Below, one piece after another: positions 24,770-38,620 of a stretch of DNA of 64,000 nt. A program made the translations under genes and the position numbers. The first letter of the stretch is position 1. Each line of letters begins with the position of its first letter. The DNA comes from Lytechinus pictus (lineage: Eukaryota). The stretch lies in contig NC_087263.1 of assembly GCF_037042905.1 (NCBI RefSeq), positions 12,712,001 to 12,776,000 of the forward strand, given 5' to 3'. Under the pieces are notes generated by a model. It ran no database searches. It saw only the letters and a list, made by a program, of their open reading frames with translations, and had not been told where the DNA came from.

Positions 24770-26120
24770 TCACCTTATGCCGCGGATGCCGTCTTATCGT
24801 TGTATGGACGTGTTTTGATTGGTTAAATATCAGTCACCTGACCCAGTTGTGTCAAACGGCCTTGAACTACCATTGATATTGCCCTTTGAGATCGATCGCT
24901 ATCATAGGAGTTGTAGTTTTGCCACATCATCATGACCATCATCATCACCCTCATCATGACTTCATCATCCTCATCAAAAATGTAACCACTACCACCAAAA
25001 TCACCATTATCACATCATCACCACCACCATCATCATCATCGCCACTACCATCGTCTTCATCGCCACTGCCATCATCATCATCTTCCTCCTCCTTATCATC
25101 ATCATCATCATCAACATCATCTTCCTCCTCCTCATCATCATCATCACCTTGTGCTGTGGATGCTGTCTTATCGTTGCTTTGACGTGTTTTGATTAGTTAG
25201 ATATCAGTCACCTGACCCAGTTGTGTCAAACGGCTTTGAACTACCAGTGATATTGCCCTTTAAAGGTCAAATCCACCCCCGATAAACGCTGACTTGAATA
25301 AATAGAGAAAAATCAAACTAGCATAGTGCTGAAAATTTCATCAAGATCGGATGCAAAATAAGAAAGTTATAACATTTTAAATTTTCGCTTATATTTCACA
25401 GAACGGTGATATGCACAACTCAGTGACATGCAAATGAGTCAGTCGGTGATGTCCATCACTCACTATTTCTTTTGTTTTTTATAGTTTGAATTATACAATA
25501 TTTCATTTTTTACAGATTTGACCATAGGGACCGACTTGACTGAACCATATAGTATTAAACAATGCTAATTCCACATGTTCAAGGAGGAATTAATCACTGT
25601 TTCACCTGACAATGAGGAGATGTTTCATATAATAAAATACAAAAGAAATACATGTAGTGAGTGGATGACGTCATCAGTGTCCTCATTTGCATACCTACCA
25701 GGATGTGCATATAACTGTTTTGTGAAATTAAGCGAAACTTAAAAATGTCATAACTTTCTTATTTTACATCCAATTTTGATGAATTTTTCAATGTTATGCT
25801 TGTTGGATTTTTCTCTTTTTATTCAAATCAATTTTTTGTTGGGGTGGACTTGTCCTTTAAGGTCGATCACTATCATAGGAGTTGTAGTTTTGCCACATCA
25901 TCATGACTATCATCCTCATCATGACTTTCATCATCATCAACAAAAATGTAACCACTACCACCAAAATCACCATTATCACATCATCACCACCACCACCATC
26001 CTCCTCCTCCTCCTCATCATCATCATCACCACCACCACCATCATCATCATCACCGTCATCATCATCATCATCATCATTATCATCTTCATCATCATCATCA
26101 TCGCCACTACCATCATCATC
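24770..26120 (+). repeat. Tandem duplication of a ~374-bp unit ending in a (CAT)n microsatellite
   Basis: 24770-25143 is repeated from 25144; the second copy is interrupted by a TTAA MITE. Confidence 0.85.
25264..25856. mobile_element. Kolobok-like TTAA MITE
   Basis: TTAA-aggtcaaatccacccc...ggggtggacttgtcct-TTAA. Confidence 0.88.
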
Positions 26121-26539
26121 ATATACATTTATATATAAATACTGTTTTTTCTTACAATAGTTGTTGGGATTCATTGGAGGTCTTGATAAAACTATATGGG
26201 TGAGTAATACAGTAATTAGAAATAACAAATTGATGATAAAGTCAAAGCTTCCGAGCTTCGTGCGTCAGAGGGGAGGGGGGGGGGGATAGAAATACCCTTT
26301 CTTTCTTACATCTTGTGTAGGCCACCAAGAGAACCCCTCCAACCCCACCCTCGCTTTCTTAATCTAAACCTGATGGATTCTAGTTGAAAGTTTCATGGGA
26401 TTATTCAGAGTCGAGGCTTTTTGTCGTGTGTCACTAAAGCTTTTATTATCTTTAAACTCTGATGATGAGGCTAAATCATTTTCAAAAGCTAGCTGGAGGC
26501 AAAGGTGAACAAGTGAAATTCGAGCCACTTTCAACTAAC

Positions 26540-27003
26540 CGCCCTTTCACACGGTATAACAAATTGTAATTTGAATGATGATTCCAGTAAAATATAAGGT
26601 TAATGACTAATTTAAGCACGTGTGAAACCAAACTAGAATCACGAAGGCTAATTACGAATTCAAATTGTACCCAGGAGGTGAATTTCAGTTTCGCTCAAAT
26701 TACGGTACGAATTTTTCGTGTGAAAGGCCTGACCTCCAAACCATTTTTTTATTTATTTTTTTGGGGAGGGGGGAGCTTACGTGTCCTTTCAAGCACTTTC
26801 GTAGATAATACAATTGTCATGCACTCATTGTATCGATGCAGTGCTTTGATTGACAAGTCACCAAGGACACATGCCGCCTTCGCTCGGGAATTCGAATTCA
26901 GATCCCAGTTTAGAGTTAGCGTGTGAAAAGTCCGATGATTCTAAAGACGAATTGCAATCATCAATACAGTGATGATTCCAGGTTTACGTGTGAAAAGGCC
27001 CTA
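26540..27003. mobile_element. TIR MITE (ccctttcacacg...cgtgtgaaaaggcc)
   Basis: Terminal inverted repeat and recurrent internal cgtgtgaaa motif. Confidence 0.55.
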
Positions 27004-28779
27004 ATATGCCACCTCTTAGTCGGACACTTGGTATTATCCTTTAAGCCCTTTTATTATTTGCGGTGATACATCTAAAGGTCAAGTCGCCCCAACGAGTAGC
27101 TTCGAATACAACGAACAAGATTCGCACTGATCATCTCATCAAAATCGGATAGGGAAGGTAAATGACATGTTGAACGTCCTGTTGATAAAATTAATGCACA
27201 TCTTGTTCAGTTTGATATCACCCACTCGACATTATATGAGATATGTAATCTACTTTTTCTTTTTAATATGATATAAATTTGTTAAATATATTTCAGTTTT
27301 TCATCATACGCTTTAAATTTAATATTCTGACACCTATTCCTTTGAATCTTATTCTAGCAATGCCGTGTCCCCCCATCTGTTTAATAACCGTACTAATGAT
27401 TTGGTTTTATCCACCCTATGTAAATTTGAGTATGCACTTTTGTTTGTATAGTGTGTGTGTTTGTGACTGGATGCGGGGCGAGTGTGAGAGGGTGCGCATG
27501 CTTGGGTATGAATGTTAATGAGGGTGTCCTTGTGAATGATTTTGTATTTTGTTTTATATTATTTTCTTGTGATAATTAATATTCCTTCAAATAATATACA
27601 ATGTATACTTTTATTGTAAATTCATGGCGCAATTTAGTTTTTTTTAACTACCATGCCTGTATGTATATATGTGATTTTTATTAATAAAACCATTTATCTA
27701 TCTACCTATCCATCTAAAGTTTTATTTTTACCGGAACACAATAATTCGCCATATTTGTTAACCTAATAGTAAGGAGATCATTAGCTGCAAAGACTACACT
27801 ATTCCTATGTTTCATAACAACGAAATATAGTGAGAGTGTAAAGGTTCTTGGCTCTCTCATTTGCATAACTGTTGTGCTACAATTAACTGTTTCCTGAGAA
27901 TAAACCGAACTTATTTCTCTGACACCGACAGTGACCGTGTCGTGTATGTTTTGTGAAAATAGCCGCAATGTTCCAACTTTCTAACATGATTTTACGTCTG
28001 ATTTTAATGGAATAATTTGTAGAATCAAGGAAGAGCCGAGCGAGTACGCGCGCCGAGGCCACGTATACCACGTGCGTGACGTATAATTCTGTACACGTAA
28101 CGGTACGCGAATAAACGATAGCAAGAACGATATCTGCCGCCACATCGGATACGATTTGAGACAAAATTGGTTTTTACTCCAAATGAAGAATTCAGTCATC
28201 TAAAATTGCTGTGTTAGTACTTTCACGTTAGTTTGACCATCAAATAAAAGTATACCTTTCATTCACATTTTCAGAGAAAAAAAAGCGAAATGCGATTTGT
28301 TCCAAAACCGGATCCGCCGGAGTCAGAGGTAAAACAGTGCACGGAGGTCTTTCTTCTTCTTCTTTTTTTCCCTTCTTCTTCTTCCACCTCATCCTTCCCA
28401 ATACGTCATTGAAGTCTTACGTGCGACTTATTTCGCGCAACAGGCCTACACTTTGAATTTACATTTGAAATCCAATTTCTACTTCTGTTGTAATTTGACA
28501 GTGGTATTTTCGAATCGAAAAAATTCTTTAAGACTTTGATGTGTTGATTACACCGATATGAATTCAACTGAATAAACACTTTATATCAACAAATATCTCG
28601 TCATCACTTATAAGTAGGCCTATAGGCTTTTGTAAAGCTCCCAATAACACTTTTTTGAAAATCTTAAGGTGTATCTATATGCTTGATCAATTTCCTGTAC
28701 TAATAAAACAACAGCCCACACACACATCCTATCAAAAAGTAATATCTACATGGCGTTTGTTTTGTTTATGTTGAATAAA

Positions 28780-29172
28780 TGAGATATAGATAGGTATACA
28801 GGTAGGTAGATAGATAGGTAGATAGATAGGTAGATATATAGATAGATAGATAGTTAGATAGATAGGTAGGTAGAAAGGTAGATAGGTAGGCCTAGATAGA
28901 TAGATTGATAGATGGATGGATAGATAGACAGACATACAGGCAGATATATAGATAGATATATAGATAGATAGATAAATAATAAATGAATGAATAAATAAAT
29001 AGTTTGCATAGATAGGTGGATAGATAGGTAAATAGATGGGTAGACAAATACATAAATAGATTAGAAAGGTAGATGAATAGATGAACAAATATAAATAGAG
29101 AGCCGAATAGATATATAGATAGATAAATAGATAGAATAAGAGGGAGAGAGGTAGAGAGAGAGGGAGAGAGGG
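28780..29172. repeat. (GATA)n/(AG)n microsatellite
   Basis: Directly visible. Confidence 0.95.
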
Positions 29173-30659
29173 AATTACGTTTTCATTTCAGGGTCATATT
29201 TACCGATATCGAATTTATTTGCCACTCAGTCCATCCAAGTGTTTAAAAGTCAAATCCATCCGAATAAAACATGTAGAGAGAGAGAAAAAAGAAAAGAAAA
29301 AATATCAAACGTTCGTTACACAAACAAATTCACCAAAATCGGGTATAGAATATTAATATATATATATATATATATCTTATTTCGCAATACAATTCATCAT
29401 GTTTATATGCAAATGGGGAATCGGATCAATGATACAACACAATTATTACTTCTTTTGTAATTTTTTGTATGAAATATAAAATTTAAATTGTAAATAAATT
29501 ATGGTTATTCTATATCGGTTGCAAAAGCAGGTTTGACTGTAATTGTTGACGATTTCGTAATCATTGAAATCCGAACAATTCGGCTATCATCTGTGTCATT
29601 ACGGGATTTGAAAATCAACACTTGAAATTAGGCTTTATAGTTCACTCGAGGATGATTGATCGAGATTTGTCACAGCCAAAGGCCAAAAACAATTAAAGAG
29701 TGGAATACAAAATCTGTTACTGAATAACTTGACTAATATGTCTTTTTAATCAAAGAATGTTATTTAAAGAAATATCGTTTAACTTGATCCATCAACACTC
29801 ATTCAGTTTCATTTGATTCCATTGCGTCGCTATAAATTCACTTTTGTTGTATTTATATTTTTTTTCTTCAGACTAGGTATTTACCTAGTTCTAGATGATT
29901 CCAATGTTGTATTTTGTAATTTTTGTACAATTTTCTGTATTATGAATAATTAGTTGACTTTGTGAACGGTGTTCTTGTTGATATTGTAACATTTTTGTAA
30001 CATTTTCCAATATACTACTACTTGACTATGATTTTGAAATGAATGATTTTAATAAATACTATTACAAAACCCCAAAAAATCAACAAATAGATATGAAGGT
30101 ATAATGTGGACTATTATTTTAGGAGGGCCGGGCGTCATGTGGAAGCGGATGAAGGAGTGCTTTAACGTATCCTTTTTTTCAAAAAATATTTTCAAGCGAA
30201 GGGGGATAGAGAGAGAGAGAGAGAGAAAAAGAAAAGAAGAAAGACATGTAGGAAGAAATAGAAATGGTATATAACGTAAATTCGTGACGTCATGCTATTC
30301 AGGGGAGTGCATGGGGGATTGGACAATAGATCATCCCCTTGGACAATAGGTGCGTGTCACCCGAGGATTTACGCCAGTGGCAGGCGCGAATCAAGGGGGG
30401 GGGCACAGGGGGCACGTGCCCCCCCCCCCCCTTTTGAGAAGAAAAATTAAGGAAATTAAAAATTTTAATGTAAAAATGCCGTTAAAACCGAGGTGTGCCC
30501 CCTCTTTTGAAATTTGCCACTGTTATGTTGACTTTGCCATTATTGCAACAACAATTAAAATCTTAACTTTGATTGGCTGATGAGGAGTCCTCTTACCATG
30601 GTATTTACCATCATGGAAATGATAACAATATATGATAATAATGATGATGATAATAATAA

Positions 30660-30840
30660 TAATAATACCATCAACATGTTTATATAACGCATATCACTGC
30701 CAAATGCGTCCCTATGCGCTCAATTTGATATTATTACCCTGGCTTTAGCCCCGCAGCCTTTTACAGCGCAGGGGCATTTCCCATTTACCATACCTGGGTT
30801 GAGTGCAGCACAATGTGGATTAATTTCGCCATGGCTGGGA
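30660..30840 (-). mobile_element. SINE 3' fragment (similar fragment at ~6485-6572)
   Basis: Resembles the reverse complement of the SINE tail at 38810-38900 (gctaaagcc.gggtaata, (ATT)n). Confidence 0.55.
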
Positions 30841-31194
30841 AAATGTTAATATGATTACAATAAAAGTAAGTTTCCATGCAACGGGGCCCTTGCTTGCCTG
30901 GCATGTGACAGACTAAACTTACTTTGTTTACTCGGGTAGTGTTTCAAAGATTTTCCATATGACGCACTCCAACATGTCCTAGAAAAGCTTTATTGCTTCC
31001 GAGATGTGCTCTCACAGTTATTGTGGCGCAGTCACATTTCCCCTATACTGCGGCCGTACGGCGAGTCGAAAGCAGCACTTTTAACATTTTTTGTAGCAGC
31101 TACTTAAAGGTGAATTGAATCAAAAGATGAATGAAATGGTTGTTTTCTACTCGCCGTATACGACCGCCGTAGGTGAAATGTGACTGCAGCATAA

Positions 31195-31575
31195 CTTTCA
31201 GTACGAATAACGAGAGTTTTTGCAATTGCTTGGGAGACGGATTCTACAACACAGTAAACCTATTGAAAATGCCTGTCAAATCATAACGAGCAGATGAGAG
31301 GTCTTTGTCGAAGATTGGTGAACCGGGAGAGCTAGGGCCCATTGCAGAAAGAGTTGCAATCAATCGCAACTCTAAAAATCATGCGCAACTTGATTTTCGA
31401 CCAATCAACAACGAGCTGACGAAAAATGGCAAATACGTCGTTTGTCCAGAGTCATGGACGACACTGCTTTTTTGATTCACCGATTTTCGACAAAGCATTC
31501 TTTGTCATAGCGGGCTTTTGGTAAAATATTCTCTACGTTCCAGAAAGCGTCTGCGTAGTATTGTGAAAACTCCCT
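31195..31575. repeat. Old interspersed repeat; inverted copy at ~60980-61285
   Basis: Alignable blocks such as attcaccgattttcgacaaag and gaggtctttgtcgaa. Confidence 0.6.
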
Positions 31576-33829
31576 GTTATTGCTATTAATACGACTTAAT
31601 GTCCAAATGTGAACAATGATTTTGCAATCAATGTAAAGTTGAATCTTGAGTCTTATACTGTCTTGTCGGATGTTCTACTCGGTAAAAGTCTGTTTCATCT
31701 GATAGTAATCATAGTTACGATCCGACAACTCTGCGCCTCAGCCAATTAAAATAGAGGAAAGATAAACGTAGAATATATCAATAACGTAGAAGATTAATTA
31801 ATTTAATTGGGTATTACGTATTATCTATACAAATAAAATGATCCACGTCTGTCACACTTTAGTTATCTTTATTCTCAGCTTAACTATCGAACATCGAATG
31901 TATTAATGATTTATATCGTATCTTGTGTTTGAAATGATTAAAAAACGAATTTAAAATTGAAATGAACAGATGAATATTCCCCCGCACAGAAGAAGGCTGA
32001 ATTAAGGAACTGGGGATAATCATGATAATTACTCGAATTATTGGTCCGTATTCTGGTCCAGTTTAAACATGTTTAAATTTGACGTTGATCATCGGCTAAG
32101 TCTGTGCTCAAGTAATAAGAAGCCAAATATGCATTTTTTTGTTTACATGGCTCGTTTCTTAATATGCTCGCTTTGCTTTATCATCAAGATACAATGACAA
32201 TAAAATTATTTATTCTTATTCCAATACACTTACGAATGATCTGGGGAATTGTTTCATCATCGTTTTTGTCTGAAAAGTTGTCTTACAAGTTCCTTGAATA
32301 CGATTGGCCGATAAGCACTGTTACTAAGGCCACTGTCGGATGAATAGACTTTGTCGAAAAAAGGGAAAGGTCCTTTCATTAAATGCTCCCATGAGTGGCA
32401 GATGAGATGTTACACAGATAATGGAGATTTGTGTTACAATTGGCATTCCGTGGTTTAAACCACACCTTTAGAAAAAGAGTTTGGATTAATCCCGAGTGCG
32501 ATTGAAATACGGGCCTGTAGCTTCAAGTAGTTGGTAATCTCTCCCTTTAAGGTTTTGATACGTCTCACTCGGACAAGGGTGGCGTTGACTCACGACCAAG
32601 GGGGGTATAGACCGTGTTAGAATGTAGAGTTTACCTGACATAGAACAACTACCGAAAATCCCCCCAATGTGAGTCATCGAACCAATTTTGGATGATCTTG
32701 CCAACGATCCGGCAGACTACTCTCGCTAATGTCAATTCCTGTTCTTACTTTTCCCACTGGTACGGGTTCTGACAACCTAGGCCGTCTTTTTCAGGCTAAC
32801 CCGCCATTTACATCGCCCACAAAGTCACTGAAACCTTCAGGATAATTATGTGCTAGAACCTGCGAATGCTGCCCAGCATTGGGATAAAGTAAACTGTCAC
32901 TTGGAGCAAAAGTCTGGGCTGATTTGCTCCGCATCAACGTCACTAAAAGCGACAATTGGAATATTAATATCAAGGAATATATGAACTCGCTGACCGATGA
33001 TTTATTTGACGACACTATTCGAAGCAATCGTAAGGTTCTGGTAAGTCAAGATGAAAATGTTCGAGTTTTTCACACGTCATGCAATATTGTATAAATCTCC
33101 AGGCAGTTGGGTTCGGGCTGAATTCATATATTTTACAAAATTTTAACCGAGTTTACACAATTGTGGAGATTTAAAAATCGCTGGTGCAACGTCGTGAACC
33201 AGTTCGTATGCATATCTCGTTAAACACATATTCAGGGGGGGGGGGGGGGGCTCCATATTCCCCGGTCCTTTCAAATAGTTTATAAAGAGGTAAAAATGGG
33301 ACATGGGTTCTGGACCTGCCATATCCTTATAATTCAAATGAAAAATAATGACGTCACCGCTTAGGTCGTCTTGACCTCTATAAAAATATGCTGTAGACGC
33401 CCCTAAAGATAACTTATGTAGCTTCTATTATCGTTATGATTTGTTACTGTTGCCTAAACTGAAAAGTCTCTGCAGTGATTCCGTGATGGTGAAACTAAAT
33501 TCTGTATGATACCATTGTCTCTTTGTGATCTTCACAGGCTTACGTAATTATGACAAAGAAGGTGACGTCACTTAATACATCCGCCATTTCCCCCACAGGC
33601 AATATTCATCATCATGTGTCCCCAAAATGTCATCGTTTGAGGGAGAAAGATCACTCGGATAATAAATCGGGATAAATCTTTTTGACTTATATTATCGTAT
33701 ACTAGAACGCTGAATACAAAGACAAACCTTACCTCTGAAATAAAATAACAATATATAATCTCGTATACTCGAACGCTGAATATAAACACATACCTAACTT
33801 CTGAAATAAATAAAATAACAATATAACTG

Positions 33830-33946
33830 CGCAACTAAGGAAAGGCCAGATTGACTTGTTGCCAAAGAACGCCACTGCCACGGTAGGATTCGAACTCACG
33901 ACCCTCTGTTTACAAGGGGAGAGTCAAAACCACTACACCGCGACGC
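33830..33946 (-). mobile_element. tRNA-derived SINE head
   Basis: Minus strand gtcgcggtgtagtgg...gagttcgaatcct (A and B boxes). Confidence 0.65.
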
Positions 33947-34616
33947 AAACGATGTGCTTTGTTGTGACTTAATTATACTCGTTGCTAAGCCGGGCAATTA
34001 CCATGTTGCCAAACATCATGACGTCAGCAATAATACAAACGAGAAAAGTTATAACCTGGCTATCAAAATAAGACCAAATATATTTTAGCTGGTAACAAGA
34101 ATAAACTTATTTGGATGAAAATAACAAAATTATGGTCGGATGGTATTTTTTGAGTTTGGATTATTCGGTTTTTTAGTCGTTTTGTGCATGTCATCTTAAA
34201 TATGAAATAAGTGAGATGACGAGGTCGTCTGCAGATTCTACCACACTATGTTTGTTTAGTAGGTTTTCTTATAATTATGGAGAAACAATTCATTCATTTT
34301 TTTTCTACTCCAAGAATATTCAAAAGAAGGTGGATTCCTTTGTTTAGTAGCTGATCTTATTACAAGGGAGACCCTTATACGCATGGATGGCATAATTACG
34401 AAAAGAAAAGCGAGAATGGGGACTTGGCATCACAATTATACGCACACAACTCGCCAAATTAACGCATTATTGGTAAAATCCATAAATTTTGAATGGAAAT
34501 GTTGTTGTTGGTTACGGCATCCATGTGCTATTGTTTTCGACATATTATTTAATTTTGATATTTGTAGCAAAAGAAAATATGAAAAAAAATAATTAAAAGT
34601 GCAGAATCACCCTTAA

Positions 34617-34994
34617 AGTGATTGGTTAAAATTGGTTTGACTTTTACAAAATCTGAGCTAGAAGGTCACACTTGTCACCTGTGTCTGTGATATGTTACAA
34701 AAATGAAGCCCAGAAAAAATTGCGTTCGAAAATAATTATTTAGTGCTTCAAAAATTGAAACATAAAGTGACCGAAAACACCATCTTAATTTCATCCCATA
34801 CACTTATGTGTACTATTTAGGCGTCTATAAGACGCCTATTTACAAAATCGGGGTTTGCCTTGTAGTTTTAGCTTTTCATTCTCAATAATGGTTGTTTTCA
34901 GGGTTCATTAGTTCTAATACATGCACTTGTACACATGTTACATCTTGGTTTGATAGTTTTTTAAATCGGCTGCTCACAAAGTTAAACAATACCT
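34617..34994. mobile_element. TTAA-flanked MITE, sharing a TTAA with the next element
   Basis: TTAA-agtgattggttaa...ttaaacaatacct-TTAA. Confidence 0.6.
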
Positions 34995-34998
34995 TTAA

Positions 34999-35571
34999 AG
35001 GACAAGTCAACCCCAACAAAAACTTGACTTGAATAAAAATAGAAACATCCAACAAGAATGACACTGAAAGTTTCATCAAAATCGGAAGTAAAATTAAAAA
35101 AAGCTGTGACATTTGAAAGTTTCGCTCAATTTCACAAAATGTATGCACATCCTGGTCGGTATGCAAATGGGGGGACTGAAGACATCACCCACTCACTCTT
35201 TTTTGTGTGTTTCATGCTATGAACTACGTAATATATATGTTTTATCCTCATCGTCAGGTAAGATAAAGCTCTATTCCTCCCTGAATATGTGAAATTATAA
35301 TTGTTTTGGATTTTTGTTGTTCAGACAAAATAGTCCTTATGTCAAACTGTAAGATTTGAAAAATTGTATCATTCAAACTATAAAAACAAAAGAAATAGCG
35401 ATTGAGGGACATCATCGACTCTCTCATTTACTGTTTTGTGAAAAGAAGCGAACTTTAAATAGTAATAACTTTCATATTTTAGGTCCGGTTTTGATGAAAT
35501 TTTCAACGTTATTCTCATTTGATTTTACTCTATTAATGGAAATCTACATTTCTCTGGAATGGACTTGACCT
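34999..35571. mobile_element. Kolobok-like TTAA MITE
   Basis: aggacaagtcaacccc...ggacttgacct; similar to 15830-16419. Confidence 0.8.
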
Positions 35572-35633
35572 TTACACTTGATCTAGCTTGTCACAATATG
35601 TAATCCTTCAATTCGCACGGAAATTGCAATTAA

Positions 35634-36208
35634 AGGAAACCAAAACCCTAGAAAGAAGCAATCTTATTAGAAAGAGTAAAATGAGAAGAACAATTTAAAA
35701 CAAGTTTCATCAAAATCGGTTATGAAATAAGCAAGTATTTACGTTTAAAATGTCTTGTTGTACTTTCTATGGGATCCTCAAATTGGCAAATGTGCTTCAA
35801 AATGGCTGATTTTGTAGACAACTCTTTATTTGTTTTGTACACAAATTTTCAGATTTTCCCCTCTATTTTACATATTTCACATTATCTCCTCCTGACCTTG
35901 ACATAATGTGGTGTGAATTATATTTTCCCATGACATATGTTGTGCTCAGGAGGCAAGAGGCAATTTGAAAGAAAATAGAAAATCTCAAAATTTGTGTAAA
36001 AAACAAATGGAGAGTTGTCTACAAAATCAGCCATTTTGAAGCACGTTTGCCAATTTGAGGATCCCCATCAAAAAAGTACAACAAGACTTTTTAAATGCCC
36101 ATAACTTGCTTATTTCATAACCGATTTTGATGAAACTTTTTTTTTAATTGTTCTTCTCATTTTACTCTTTCTAATAAGATTGCTTCTCTACTTGAGTTTT
36201 GGTTTCCT
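35634..36208. mobile_element. Kolobok-like TTAA MITE with ~220-bp TIRs
   Basis: TTAA-aggaaaccaaaac...gttttggtttcct-TTAA. Confidence 0.88.
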
Positions 36209-37077
36209 TTAATGACAAATGTCGTGAAGAGATGTCTGCGGTATGCTTTTTTCAAGGAAGTCGACGTTTAAACCACATATAAACATTCAGGTTCCCACCG
36301 AACTTACAACTGTCAAATTTCATATTTTTGTTTGAGGCTTAAAAATGCATTGTCTTTTATTGATTTGAATATAATTATTTACTTTAAAAAAAATCATATC
36401 TCGGACAGCATATTATGTCGCTATACACAGACATATCACTGTTGTAACAGAACGTAATATACTAGTACCTCGCACATAGCCTTCACTCTTTCTAACATCA
36501 TTCCTTAATTCGTCGAAGAACACGTGTGCTAGCGGATCCAAGAACTCAAAACACACAATCGACTAAGAATTCCCAAACGTTAAGACAGGAAAGGGGATAA
36601 AGGAAAGGGATATTGGCTCCTACCTGGCGGGTAAGTCATGTTTAGATCATCTTAATGCAGTACAGTTCATTCGGTTGCAAGAAAGGCAACAGTATAAGCA
36701 TTGCTTACTTCGAAGGCAGCCCCCTTCACTTTCTACAACATTGATCAGTGGCTTAATGAGCAAAAAATAAATAAATAAATATTGAGAGGGCTAGATATGG
36801 TGTATCGGGCAAAAATTCGTCCAAAAGATGAAAGCGAGCGAGCGAGCGAATTTCTTTATTAAAAAAATCAAATTGGGCGATGGATTTTGACTTGATATTC
36901 AGAAAATAAAATATTTCACAATTCTCTCTTTTCTTTTCATTTCTTTCTTACCCCCTCTTTTTATTGGTCGTGCAAAAAATGGGAGGGGGGTGGGCAAGCA
37001 CCCCTAAGCCACTCCTATTTGCACGCCCCTGATAATGATAATAATAATGACAATAACAACAATGGAAACAATATCAA

Positions 37078-37342
37078 CAGGGGCGGATCCAGGATTTTTG
37101 GAAAAGGGGGCGGCACTTTTTCCCGAGGAAGAAAATGACAAGCAAAAAAAAAGAAAAAAGGGGGTTTTAACCAAAATTTTAGGGAATTTCGTCCGCGAAA
37201 AAAATTTACAAGCAAAAAAAAGGTCTTCATTTTCAAAGGGGGGGGGGGGCATACTTCTGTTTTAACGGCATTTTTACATTACAAATTTTAATTGTGCCTC
37301 TCAAGGGGGGGGGGCCGGCTGTACCCCCTGGATCCGTCAGCA
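37078..37342. mobile_element. hAT-like MITE
   Basis: Starts caggggcggatcc; 8-bp flanking repeat AATATCAA. Confidence 0.7.
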
Positions 37343-37525
37343 AATATCAATGTAGATATTAACAAGAATTATGATGAAAATGATACTACTGATTATAATA
37401 AGGACAATACTGAGGGCATTGATTCCACTAGTCTACAGCTACTGAAATATTGCGGAACATGAGATCGGGGAAGAGTTTCATCAACATTTTTTATCCCACA
37501 AGTTGTCAGATCTGAAAACTTTCCT

Positions 37526-38064
37526 TCAAGTTCAAGTTCAAGTTTATTTAAACCAATCAAAACAAGAGACATATTACATAGTTTAACAAGAAATGAGAAT
37601 ACATGATAGGTTTGGGACCACATAGAAGCAGACCTTGTGAGAGGGGCCCACTATACAGTACAGTACAGCAAGAAAGAGATGAAAAATATATAAAATTATA
37701 ATCTAGAGAGTAAATAAGAAAAATACATACAAAAATAGACATACACACACACACACCCTCACGCACACATATTGTTTGTCAAGATTCAATTAAAGACACT
37801 TTGTAATCTTTCAAATGAATATTTTCGACATGAATTTTTAAATATGGGCAGTGTTGGACTGGATCTAAAGCTTTGTGGTAACTTATTCCATTCTTTGATA
37901 CCAACTATCACAAAAGAATTCAAAGCAGTATTTGTTCTTGCAAGTGGTTGGTGGATAAGATTTTTCTGCCGTGTATTGTACAAATGGACTTTCGAGTTAA
38001 CAATAAATGCATCTTTTAAAATTGAACAGTTTTGAGAGGATTGTGATTTGTACATAAATATCAA
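37526..38064 (-). mobile_element. CR1/L2-type LINE 3' fragment
   Basis: Minus-strand HLYNTRQ...GIKEWNKLPQSFRSS..FK motif typical of the ORF2 C-terminus; AATAAA then a (CTTGAA)n tail. Confidence 0.7.
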
Positions 38065-38620
38065 ACAATTGAAGGAGACTTGATGTTGATTGGCTAAGAA
38101 GCAGTGTTACTGTGGTAACTGTCAGATAAAATGTCTGACAACTCCTTTCATGGAACGCCCCAGTTGATTTCACTGATAAAATATACCTAATGAAATATGG
38201 GGTGGGGGGGGGGGTAAATCCTGGTACTGTGTCTTTGACCCCTGGATAATACAAGAAATATATATATTTATAACTACTGGCCCCTGGTCAGTAATCCAGG
38301 CATACATGAAGTTAATGGATTAACGAAATATTGGGAGGGGGGGGGGGGGTTAAATATTTCAAAAACTGACCCCTGGATAGTAAGCCAGGCATACATGAAG
38401 AAAATTGATTAATGAAATATGAGGGGGGGGGGGTTAAATATTCAAAAACTGACCCCTGGATAACAATCCATGCATAGTAAATGTAATTGAATAACAATAT
38501 ACCGGGGGGGGGGGGGATTTGGTCCTGGGTCTCTATGCCACAGCGTTGAAGGCTGCGGTTACTTGATTTAGGGGCAACTTGCCTCCATCTTTTCTAGAGC
38601 AGATCCCGGTATACGCATAA

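Noticed and set aside
24886..26228. Ser/Asp/Ile-rich ORFs
   Set aside because: They derive from (CAT)n repeats and MITE ends.
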